Shown here in pieces: positions 31,308-39,289 of a stretch of DNA of 64,000 nucleotides; position 1 is the first letter of the stretch; every line of letters starts with the position of its first letter. The notes below the pieces were generated by a model that did no database searches, had not been told where the DNA came from, and worked only from the letters and a program-made list of their open reading frames with translations. The stretch comes from an uncultured bacterium (GTDB lineage: Bacteria > Acidobacteriota > Thermoanaerobaculia > Multivoradales > JAHZIX01), in assembly GCA_965368975.1 (NCBI GenBank), contig CBDUPA010000003.1, forward strand, positions 64,001 through 128,000. The letters are read 5' to 3'. The translations under genes were made by a program, and so were the position numbers.

Positions 31308-32348
31308 TCAGGACGACTGGCGCGGGCGTTCGCGAACGGGTACCGGCTGTGGGTTGTCGAGGCCGAGGCGGGCGAGCGCGGCGCCGGGATCCAGACGCCA
31401 CTGACGGCGGCCGTAGGGCAGAGCACCGCGTAGCAGGGCCTCGCGTACCGCCAGCGGGTCCGCGTGGCGGCGGTGTTGGAGTTGCAGGCCAAGGAGCAGG
31501 GCGGCGATCCCGGCGACGACCGCGGCGGCCAGCGCCGAGCTACCGTAGAGTTCGGGTCCCCCGGTCGTGTCCGTCAGCAGGGCTTCACCGGGGGCAAGCA
31601 GGTCTGTGTGCGCCGCCGGTTGGCCAGCGTCGTCCGCGCTCAGGGGGCGACCCAGGTGATCGAGCCCGTGCACGCGCAGGAGGGCTGGGGCGCGCCGTGG
31701 CGTTTCTCCGAGCAGCGGTGCCGGACACACGACCAAGACGTTCTGCTCGGCGCAGCGCTGCAGTGCTTCTTCTAGGAGTTGGGCATCCGTGTGTTGCAGC
31801 GCAGGTTCACAGCCACCGACGCAGATGACCTGGGCGCCGTGGTCGAGAGCCTGGCGGATCGCGGTGGCCAGTCGCAGTGGACGGCAGGCGGTGAGACCAC
31901 CGTTGCTGGCAGCGGCGTAGACCGGCAAGATCAACCCGCGGCACACGGGGGCCAAGCCGCGAACGCCGGGCTCTGTGCGACCGAACAGGATGCGGGCCAG
32001 GTGCGAGCCGGCGTCGACGTGCGGTCGTCGCGTGGGTGGTGCCAGTTTCGGGAAGGTCAAGCCCAGCGGTACCAGTTCGTCCAGGTGGGCGTGCAACAGA
32101 CTGGGGTGATGGAGGTCCACCGTGGATGCGAGAAGGGCGATCCGGATCAGGGGATGTCCCCAGGTGCAGGCGAGCAACGGGCGCAGGCCGGGCCAGTCAC
32201 GGACCGCGTCCGGCAGCTCGGAAAAGGGCGTCGGCGTCAACCAGTCGAGAAGCGTTCGTTCGCCGGGCTGCGTCGGCACGGCGGACCGAACTCGGGGCGG
32301 TCGGATGTCCTGCTGGTGAAGCCACTGCCGGTGGGCGGTCTGGGGCAT
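31308..32348 (-). CDS. PatA/PatG-like subtilase domain, apparently catalytically inactive
   Basis: AAGGAGG RBS; PGL...GHPLIRIALLASTVDLHHPSL, GVRGLAPVCRGL, LLAPGE, VAGIAALLLGLQ...DPLAVREALL; the triad residues appear substituted. Confidence 0.7.
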   Translation of the reverse strand: MPQTAHRQWLHQQDIRPPRVRSAVPTQPGERTLLDWLTPTPFSELPDAVRDWPGLRPLLACTWGHPLIRIALLASTVDLHHPSLLHAHLDELVPLGLTFPKLAPPTRRPHVDAGSHLARILFGRTEPGVRGLAPVCRGLILPVYAAASNGGLTACRPLRLATAIRQALDHGAQVICVGGCEPALQHTDAQLLEEALQRCAEQNVLVVCPAPLLGETPRRAPALLRVHGLDHLGRPLSADDAGQPAAHTDLLAPGEALLTDTTGGPELYGSSALAAAVVAGIAALLLGLQLQHRRHADPLAVREALLRGALPYGRRQWRLDPGAALARLGLDNPQPVPVRERPRQSS

Positions 32349-32478
32349 GGTTGGGGGTCCTCCTTGAATCCCAAGACGCTGGTCGCGGTTCGGGAGTGAA
32401 TTTGTCGCGGCACTGAAGTGATCCATGCAGCTGCTCGGAGGCGTGGATCCGATCCGCTGCACTGATAGGCTCCGCGCC

Positions 32479-33474
32479 ATGGAAATCCACGTTTGGTATC
32501 ACTGTCATCAATGTCAGGCACAGCCGATCGAAGGTGTCCGCTGGCATTGCACGACTTGTCCGGATGGACCCGAAAACGACCTCTGTGAGGGGTGTTACCG
32601 GCAATATCAGGCAGGCCAGGTCGAGCACCCGCCGCGCACCAGTCCCGGGTTCGGCATCCGCGGCGAGCACCGGTTCGAGCCTCTGCCTGGAAAGCCAGCC
32701 GCGGGTTTCCAGGCATGGGCGCAGGTGCCGGATGCCCCGGGCCTGGTTTCTGGAGCCGCCACGTCGCCGGCCGTCGCCAACGCCTTGGTGGTTCGGCCGG
32801 AATTCCGTGCCGGACTGGCATCGGCTTTCGGAGGCCACGCTTTCGCGGCACGCTTCGAAGGGAAGACCTTGGTCCTCACCGCGTTGCACGTGATGGACGA
32901 ACTGATCAAGAAGCAGGGTGTCGACACGACCGCTGCCAACGCCGGCTACCGCGGGTGTGAGCTGCCGGCGGTGCTGACCAAGCTCGTGCTCTACGATCTG
33001 TTCGCCGACAACTGGATGCTCGCGGAGCTGGGCACGCTGGAGGGCCACGGGGGAACCGGTCCGATGCTGGAGCTTCCCGACGCGCGCACCGGAGAAGAGG
33101 AACCGTATTCGAATCTCGACCTGGCGGCCTTCGACGCCACTGGCGCCACGTTTCTACGTCCGGCGCCGCTGGCAGCCGAGGTGCCCTCGATTGGCCAACC
33201 GGTGTGGCTGGCGGCGTCGATTCCCGGCCGCACCTCTGGCGGCGGAGACCGGACGCTCGCAGCCACGATTGTCGAGCACACGGAGCGGACCTTGATCTTC
33301 CGGTACTCCGAGCGCGATCTCAGCGGTCCGCTCTATACCAGCGGAGCACCGCTTCTCAATGCCGCGGGCGAAGTGGTGGGAGTCAACGTCGGCGGCGGCC
33401 GGCTGGACGGCGCGCGCGTCGGGCACGCCAACCATGTGGTCAGCGTGCGCCGACATCTGAGCGGGCCTGCCTGA
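32479..33474 (+). CDS. ZZ-type zinc finger fused to a trypsin-like serine protease
   Basis: CHQC..PIEGVRWHCTTC..NDLCEGCY..H..H; protease triad LTALHV, NLDLAAF, TSGAPL. Confidence 0.8.
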   Translation: MEIHVWYHCHQCQAQPIEGVRWHCTTCPDGPENDLCEGCYRQYQAGQVEHPPRTSPGFGIRGEHRFEPLPGKPAAGFQAWAQVPDAPGLVSGAATSPAVANALVVRPEFRAGLASAFGGHAFAARFEGKTLVLTALHVMDELIKKQGVDTTAANAGYRGCELPAVLTKLVLYDLFADNWMLAELGTLEGHGGTGPMLELPDARTGEEEPYSNLDLAAFDATGATFLRPAPLAAEVPSIGQPVWLAASIPGRTSGGGDRTLAATIVEHTERTLIFRYSERDLSGPLYTSGAPLLNAAGEVVGVNVGGGRLDGARVGHANHVVSVRRHLSGPA

Positions 33475-33522
33475 AGAGCTTCGCTGCAGGCCTGCGACTG
33501 CGCTTCGACTCCGAGGCTGAGA

Positions 33523-34452
33523 TCAGTCCGCGTCAGAGTCGGTGTACGGGATCCTCCCCGGAATCAGCTGCTCCGTACCCAGGCCGTCCTCGTCCTTGCC
33601 TTCCCACTCGGCCATGAGGCCGTCGTCGAGGCGGTAGGCGAGGATGTGCATCTGCTGGTCGATGTCGCCCCAGGCGCTGGCCATGTGCCGGTCGTCCAGT
33701 TGCATGCCGACACCGACGAGTGCTGGAGCGTTGCTGGTGCGCTCACCACAGACGTGCTCGTGAGGCTCGACGGTCCACCACTCCAGCGCGAACTGTGTGT
33801 GGTTTGGCGAGCTGTCGGCCTGGTTGATGACCAGCTGCATGGACGGGAAGGTTGTACCATCTGCATGCGTGTAGGTGATGCAGTAGGTGCCGGCGAAGCC
33901 AGCACCGTCCCCGTCTCGTACAGCACTGCCGCCACCGGGACGGTCGTCCTCGAGTAGCTTGCTGCGGTACCAGGACGCCTGCAGACCAGCGTCCTCCTGC
34001 AGCGTGTAGACGACGATGCCGACCGGAGCCCGCAGGTCAGTCAGGTCGACCGGCGAGCGGGCCACGCACAGCCGATTTTCTCCCTCGTGCAGGCAGGGCA
34101 GGCCCGGGCCGCCCCAGGCAGCGAAGCCGTCGAGGGAGGGCTCGGTTTGCCAGCCCGCGTGGATGACGGTGCCAGGACTCTCCTGTTCGAGCCCTACGGT
34201 GCCCCCGTAGGGGGCCCCGGCGGGGGTGACGCCTCGCTCGATGCGGAACGGCGTGACCACGTCCGACAGGTCGCTCAAGGCGAACGGCTGCGTGCTGGCC
34301 GGCGAGGTCTCAGTGACTTCCGGGGCCTTGGTGCTGCCGGAGTCGCTACCGGAGTCATTGCCACAGGCGGTGATCAGGAAGGCACCCAGGACGCTACACA
34401 GGAGTGCGGGAAGCAGGGGCATGAGTCGGAGCTGCCGACGAGGGTCGAACAT
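33523..34452 (-). CDS. Hypothetical lipoprotein
   Basis: GGAGG RBS, LITAC lipobox, Ser-rich linker, beta-rich body. Confidence 0.7.
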   Translation of the reverse strand: MFDPRRQLRLMPLLPALLCSVLGAFLITACGNDSGSDSGSTKAPEVTETSPASTQPFALSDLSDVVTPFRIERGVTPAGAPYGGTVGLEQESPGTVIHAGWQTEPSLDGFAAWGGPGLPCLHEGENRLCVARSPVDLTDLRAPVGIVVYTLQEDAGLQASWYRSKLLEDDRPGGGSAVRDGDGAGFAGTYCITYTHADGTTFPSMQLVINQADSSPNHTQFALEWWTVEPHEHVCGERTSNAPALVGVGMQLDDRHMASAWGDIDQQMHILAYRLDDGLMAEWEGKDEDGLGTEQLIPGRIPYTDSDAD

Positions 34453-34510
34453 GGTCGTCCTCCAAATCGGAGTGGTTATTTAGCTTGCTATCGCAACTAT
34501 CGTACAACAG

Positions 34511-34536
34511 AAAAAGGCGGCCCAAAGGCCGCCTCC
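34511..34536 (-). terminator. Rho-independent terminator after the DUF2911 gene
   Basis: Minus strand reads aggcggcc-tttg-ggccgcct followed by a T-run. Confidence 0.8.
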
Positions 34537-34591
34537 TGAAGCGATCGCCTGATCGCGACGAGTCGCAGGGTGTGTCCGTCAGCTGGCCGAT

Positions 34592-35185
34592 TCAGCTCGC
34601 GGCTGAGACGGGAACCCGCACCTCGGTGTTGATCCACTGCAGCACGATGTCGGTGCCATCTTCATTGGCATCGAGGGTGATGGTCAGCTGGTCGACCTCT
34701 TCCTCCAGCGTGCTCGGCTTGACTTCGACCACCAGCACGTCGTGCTCGGCCTTGTAGCCCTGCTCCCACTTCTGCTCGGCGCGGTTGAAGCGGAAGGTGC
34801 CCCACAAGCCAAGATCGGAGTTGAAGTGGATCTTCCAGCTGTTGGCGCCCGGCGTGGTGAACACGGAGTAGGTGCCGGCCGGCAGTGTCTGACCTGCGAC
34901 CTGCACGTCCTTGGTGACGGTGATCTCGGTGGCTTCGTTGGCGCCGGTACGCCAGACCTGGCCGAATTGCACGAGTGAGTCTTCACCGGCACCGAAGATG
35001 TTGTCGCGATCGCGCTTGTAGGGGCGGCCGTAGGTGATCTTGAGGTAGGCGTCACCGACGTGGGTCTGGGCGATGCCGACCGGGCTGGTGCGGCGCGACG
35101 GGTGGAGATCCTGGGCTTCGGCGGCCAGGGGCAGCAGCAGCGCCGCGGCGATGGCGGCGAAGAGGTATGAACGAAGGTATCGCAT
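34592..35185 (-). CDS. DUF2911 domain secreted protein
   Basis: Signal peptide; SP...ITYGRP, VWRTGANEAT, LPAGTYSVFT. Confidence 0.9.
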   Translation of the reverse strand: MRYLRSYLFAAIAAALLLPLAAEAQDLHPSRRTSPVGIAQTHVGDAYLKITYGRPYKRDRDNIFGAGEDSLVQFGQVWRTGANEATEITVTKDVQVAGQTLPAGTYSVFTTPGANSWKIHFNSDLGLWGTFRFNRAEQKWEQGYKAEHDVLVVEVKPSTLEEEVDQLTITLDANEDGTDIVLQWINTEVRVPVSAAS

Positions 35186-35220
35186 GGAGCAGTCTCCTTG
35201 GGTCTCTGTAGAGAGGATAG

Positions 35221-35871
35221 TCATGGGTTGAGGCGCTGATCCAGCCACTGGGCGACCGTGCGCAGCGCCTCGGGCTTGATCTCGTGGGCCATTGGAAATT
35301 CGTGGTAGTCCGGCTCGATGCTCATCGCTCGCAGTTGCTCACGACTGGCGCGGGCCTTGTCGATGTCGACCAGCGGGTCCTGGGTGCCGTGAATCACGAG
35401 GGTTGGCAGCTCGGCCAGATTCGGGGTCTTCGGGATGGCATCTGCCAGCGGCTGTGGCAGCCAGCTGGAGAGGGCGATCAGGCCACGGAAGCGTTCGGGC
35501 TGACGCAATGCCAGATCATAGGCCATGCCGCCGCCCTGGCTGAAACCTGCGACGATCAGCCGCTCGCGGTCGACCGGGTAGTGCTCGACCGCCTGGTCGA
35601 GGAAACCACGCAGGTTCAGCGATGCCTGGGCGAATTCGACCGGATTCGGCGGCTGCCCGGGGATCAGTGGGAACCAGCCGAAGCCTTCCATCCCTGGACC
35701 GATGGGCACCGAGACGGGGCCCTGCGGGCACAGGGTCAGCAGACGCCCGCCGTTGAGCAGCGGCGCCAGACCGAGCAGGTCGAGGGCGTTGGCGCCCCAA
35801 CCGTGCAGGCAGAGCAGCGTGGGGAAAGGGCCTTCGCCCTCGGGAACGTAGCTGGCGTGGATCAGCTTCAT
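35221..35871 (-). CDS. Phospholipase/carboxylesterase family hydrolase
   Basis: LHGWG, GFSQGG, HGTQD, MAHEI. Confidence 0.92.
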   Translation of the reverse strand: MKLIHASYVPEGEGPFPTLLCLHGWGANALDLLGLAPLLNGGRLLTLCPQGPVSVPIGPGMEGFGWFPLIPGQPPNPVEFAQASLNLRGFLDQAVEHYPVDRERLIVAGFSQGGGMAYDLALRQPERFRGLIALSSWLPQPLADAIPKTPNLAELPTLVIHGTQDPLVDIDKARASREQLRAMSIEPDYHEFPMAHEIKPEALRTVAQWLDQRLNP

Positions 35872-35960
35872 GGCGCAAGGATAGCGCAAAGCGCTGGGCA
35901 AAAATTTCTTGGTCCTTTTCGCTGCTGACCTTCGCGTATACCTACAGAGAACAATTCAGC

Positions 35961-36199
35961 CCGGCGATTGCGGTCTCACCAAGACCGGCCGCGCTCGACA
36001 CAGACGGAGCGCAACGACCGGTCAGCCGAGGGTGGGGGACAGATTACGGGGCCTGGTGAGGCGGATCGCTGGACAAGAACTGGTGTTTGGAAGCACGGTT
36101 TTCGAAGCTTTTGCAGATGGCAGAGAGAGTGCCTGGTGGTTCGCGACAACTCGTCTCGAGGTGTCGCGACCGCCAGGCGAGACTTATGGGTTCTCGCCT
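35961..36199 (+). ncRNA. Candidate highly structured ncRNA
   Basis: Long stem 35961-35981/36054-36072 enclosing inner stems; hairpin 36131-36178 (~22 bp); G-U pairs favour the + strand. Confidence 0.4.
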
Positions 36200-36201
36200 G
36201 C

Positions 36202-37659
36202 CTAGTTGAAGCTCGGGACGGAGCCGAGCAGGTACTTCAAGTCGTCGTCTTGCCAGCTGACCCCGGCTCCGACGAACAGCGAGTCGCCCTCGTCGAGCAA
36301 GAAGTCGTCGTAACCACCGAGCAGGTAGAAATTGGGGTTTAGGTGGTAGCGGGTGGTGAAGCGCAGGTGTGGGTCGAGGTCGTTCTCGCGCGAGAAGTCG
36401 AAGGCCTCGAGCGACAGTGTCAACCGCCGGCGTAGCATGTGGTAGTCGATCGCCGCGCCACCGGACGACTCGAACAAGCCGACGCGCAAGTCGGCGTCGT
36501 CGAAGTGGAAGCCGAACTGAGCCGACAGGGTGAAGCGGTCTTCTTCCGTGACGCGCTCGACCAAGGTCGTTTCGACCGTGCCGTCGGGCAGAGTGGTGGT
36601 GATGCGGTCGCTGCGCGTGCGCACGCGGCCGTTGGCGTCATCGACCAGCTGCACCTGGTAGAAGCGATTGTTGGGTGGTTGCAGGCGCAGGCCGATGGCG
36701 GCGCGTCCATCCTCGTGGTTGTCATAATAGACACCTTCGAGGCCGAGGTGGAACTCGATCTCGCGTACCTTGCCCAGCGTTTCGCTGAGCTGCGAGACGC
36801 CCTCCTCGACGCTGCCCAGGGTCGACACAAGGGTGTCGTGGGCCGCATCGTCGTAGATCAACTTGCCGAGCGTGCCTTCGCCACTGGCGATCTGGCCCGA
36901 GATGGCATTGAGGTTGTCGACCGAGGTCTCGAGGCGCTCGGAGAGTTCACGGATGTTGCTCAGGCTGCCGCGCAAGTCGCCTCGGTTCTCGCGCACCACT
37001 GCATCGACCTCGCCGATCAGACCGCGGATTTGCTGGCTGATGCGTGGCAGCTCGTCGGCCAGAGTGCCGCTGAAGCGCTCGAAGTTGCCTACCGTGGCGT
37101 CGACCTGGGCACGGTTGGCGGCCAGGAGCGCCCGTAGCTCGACGCTCGCCGCTTCCAGGTTGCGTACCAGACCGGCCAGGTGGCTGGCGGTGTCTTGCTG
37201 TACCAGCTCGCCGGTCAGTTCGGACAGCGAGCCGCCCAGGTTGCTCAGCTGACTCAGGGCTTCGTCGAAGCTCGGTGGTGCCGAGCCGGGCAGCACGCTG
37301 CCGGCAGAGAGCTTTGGAGCCCCTGGCGGTCCGGGGATCAATTCGATGTACTTGTCGCCGAGCAAGCCGGCGTTGGCGATCGCCGCGTGGCTGCCCTCCG
37401 GGAGCTGTACGTCCTGTTCCAGCAGCAGGGTGACCACCGCTCGACCGTCGCGCAACTCGATGCCGTCGACACGTCCGATGCGCACGCCCGCGACGCGCAC
37501 GGGCGCCTTGTCGTTGAGGCCGGCGACCGACTCGAACTCGGCCTCGATGCGTGCCGGCTCGCCTCCGAACAAGGAGATGTCCTCGACTTTGAGGATCAGG
37601 TAGGCGAGCACGGCGAGGCACAGGCTGACGAAGATGCCGACTTTGACGGTGGACGACAT
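36202..37659 (-). CDS. MlaD/MCE family protein
   Basis: N-terminal TM; FESVAGL...VRVAGVRIGRV, GLLGDKYIEL; coiled coil; GEGTLGKLI; C-terminal beta domain. Confidence 0.92.
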   Translation of the reverse strand: MSSTVKVGIFVSLCLAVLAYLILKVEDISLFGGEPARIEAEFESVAGLNDKAPVRVAGVRIGRVDGIELRDGRAVVTLLLEQDVQLPEGSHAAIANAGLLGDKYIELIPGPPGAPKLSAGSVLPGSAPPSFDEALSQLSNLGGSLSELTGELVQQDTASHLAGLVRNLEAASVELRALLAANRAQVDATVGNFERFSGTLADELPRISQQIRGLIGEVDAVVRENRGDLRGSLSNIRELSERLETSVDNLNAISGQIASGEGTLGKLIYDDAAHDTLVSTLGSVEEGVSQLSETLGKVREIEFHLGLEGVYYDNHEDGRAAIGLRLQPPNNRFYQVQLVDDANGRVRTRSDRITTTLPDGTVETTLVERVTEEDRFTLSAQFGFHFDDADLRVGLFESSGGAAIDYHMLRRRLTLSLEAFDFSRENDLDPHLRFTTRYHLNPNFYLLGGYDDFLLDEGDSLFVGAGVSWQDDDLKYLLGSVPSFN

Positions 37660-37699
37660 GGTGTTTCTCCTTGGTTGCGGCGGCGTTCCCGGGAGACGC

Positions 37700-38524
37700 T
37701 CAGCCCGCCTCGTCTATGGCTGCTTCTTCACTGAGCGGACCGTCGGCGCGACCTTCCAGGAACTGCCGCACGCGCGGGTCGTCGGAGGCCTGCAGTTCGT
37801 TCGGTGTCGCGGCGGCGATGATCTTGCCCCGGTGCAACATGGCGATACGGTCGCCGATGCGGAAGGCGCTGGGCAGATCGTGACTGATCGTGACGGTCGT
37901 CGGCTGCAAGGTCGCGCGGAGGTCGAGGATGACGTTGTCGAGGTTGGCCTTCATCACCGGGTCGAGGCCGGTGGTCGGTTCGTCGAAGAGCAGGATGCGC
38001 GGTTCGAGTGCGATGGCACGTGCAAAGCCAATGCGCCGGCGCATACCGCCGGAGAGCTCCGACGGCATCTTGCCGCCGGCGCCGCTCAGACGCACCAGCC
38101 GCAGGCATTCCTCGACCCGCGCCTCGATCTCGGCCCGGCGCAGCGAGCCCATGCGGCGCAGCGGGAAGGCAATGTTGTCGTGCACACTCATCGAGTCGAA
38201 GAGCGCACCTTCCTGGAAGGCCATGCCGAAGCGGCGGCGAAAGGCGGTCAGCTTGGGGCCGCTGAGGCCCGCCAGGTCGACGCCGTCCACTTCGACAGTA
38301 CCGGAATCCGGCTGCAGCAAGCCGATCATGTGCTTGAGTAGCACACTCTTGCCGGTGCCCGAGCCGCCGATGATGACCAGCGATTCGCCTTCGTAGATGT
38401 CGAGATCCGTGCCGTCGAGCACCTGCTTGCTGCCGAACGCCTTGCTGACGTCGCACAGGCGGATGGCGACGGTGCGCGTCGCGCTAGCAGTCGAGGCAGA
38501 TGTCGAGGCAGAAGGTGTGGGCAT
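37700..38524 (-). CDS. mlaF: MlaF/Mkl-type ABC transporter ATP-binding protein
   Basis: GGSGTGKS, FQEGALFDS, LSGGMRRR, FDEPTTGLDP. Confidence 0.9.
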   Translation of the reverse strand: MPTPSASTSASTASATRTVAIRLCDVSKAFGSKQVLDGTDLDIYEGESLVIIGGSGTGKSVLLKHMIGLLQPDSGTVEVDGVDLAGLSGPKLTAFRRRFGMAFQEGALFDSMSVHDNIAFPLRRMGSLRRAEIEARVEECLRLVRLSGAGGKMPSELSGGMRRRIGFARAIALEPRILLFDEPTTGLDPVMKANLDNVILDLRATLQPTTVTISHDLPSAFRIGDRIAMLHRGKIIAAATPNELQASDDPRVRQFLEGRADGPLSEEAAIDEAG

Positions 38525-38533
38525 CGGCTGGGC

Positions 38534-39280
38534 TCAGAACAGGATCTTGGTGAGAAAGAAGTCGGAGATCAGCACCGCGATGCTGGCCAGGACGACGGCG
38601 CGAGTGGTGGCCCGGCCGACGCCTTCGGCGCCGCCGCCGGTGTCGAGGCCCTTCTGGCAGCTGATCAGCGCCACCAGAAAGCCAAAGACAGCGGCCTTGA
38701 TCAGGCCGGAGGTGACATCGGACAGCTCCATGAACTGGAAGCTACTCTCGATGTAGGTGACCGGGTTGGCGCCGAACAGCCCGACCGCCACCAGGTAGCC
38801 GCCCGCGATACCCAAGGCATCCGCCAGGACGATCAGCAGCGGCATCATCAGCGTGGTGGCCCACACACGCGGTACCACCAGGTAGTGCACGGGGTTGGTG
38901 GCCAGCACCTCCAGTGCGTCGATCTGCTCGGTGACCCGCATGGCGCCGAGTTCGGCCCCCATAGCCGAGCCGCAGCGGCCGGCGATCATCAGGGCGCCGA
39001 GCACCGGCGCCAGCTCGCGCACCATCGACAGCGCGACGATGGAGCCGACATAGCCTTCAGCGTTGAAGCGTGCCAGCACGCTGAACGTCTGGAGGGCCAT
39101 CACCATACCGGTGAACATGGCGGTCAGCAACACGACAGGAACCGAGTGGATGCCCACGCGCTGCATCTGTAGAAAGAGCTGGCCGCCGTCGTAGGGTGGC
39201 CGTGGTGTCCACAGAAAGACCTGCCCGACCAGCTGCGCCAGTCGGCCCATTTGCTGGAAGAAGGTCTCGAGCAGTCTCAC
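38534..39280 (-). CDS. mlaE: MlaE-type ABC permease
   Basis: RELAPVL, AELGAMRVTEQIDAL, GGAEGVGRATT. Confidence 0.93.
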   Translation of the reverse strand: MRLLETFFQQMGRLAQLVGQVFLWTPRPPYDGGQLFLQMQRVGIHSVPVVLLTAMFTGMVMALQTFSVLARFNAEGYVGSIVALSMVRELAPVLGALMIAGRCGSAMGAELGAMRVTEQIDALEVLATNPVHYLVVPRVWATTLMMPLLIVLADALGIAGGYLVAVGLFGANPVTYIESSFQFMELSDVTSGLIKAAVFGFLVALISCQKGLDTGGGAEGVGRATTRAVVLASIAVLISDFFLTKILF

Positions 39281-39289
39281 CGTGGATTC

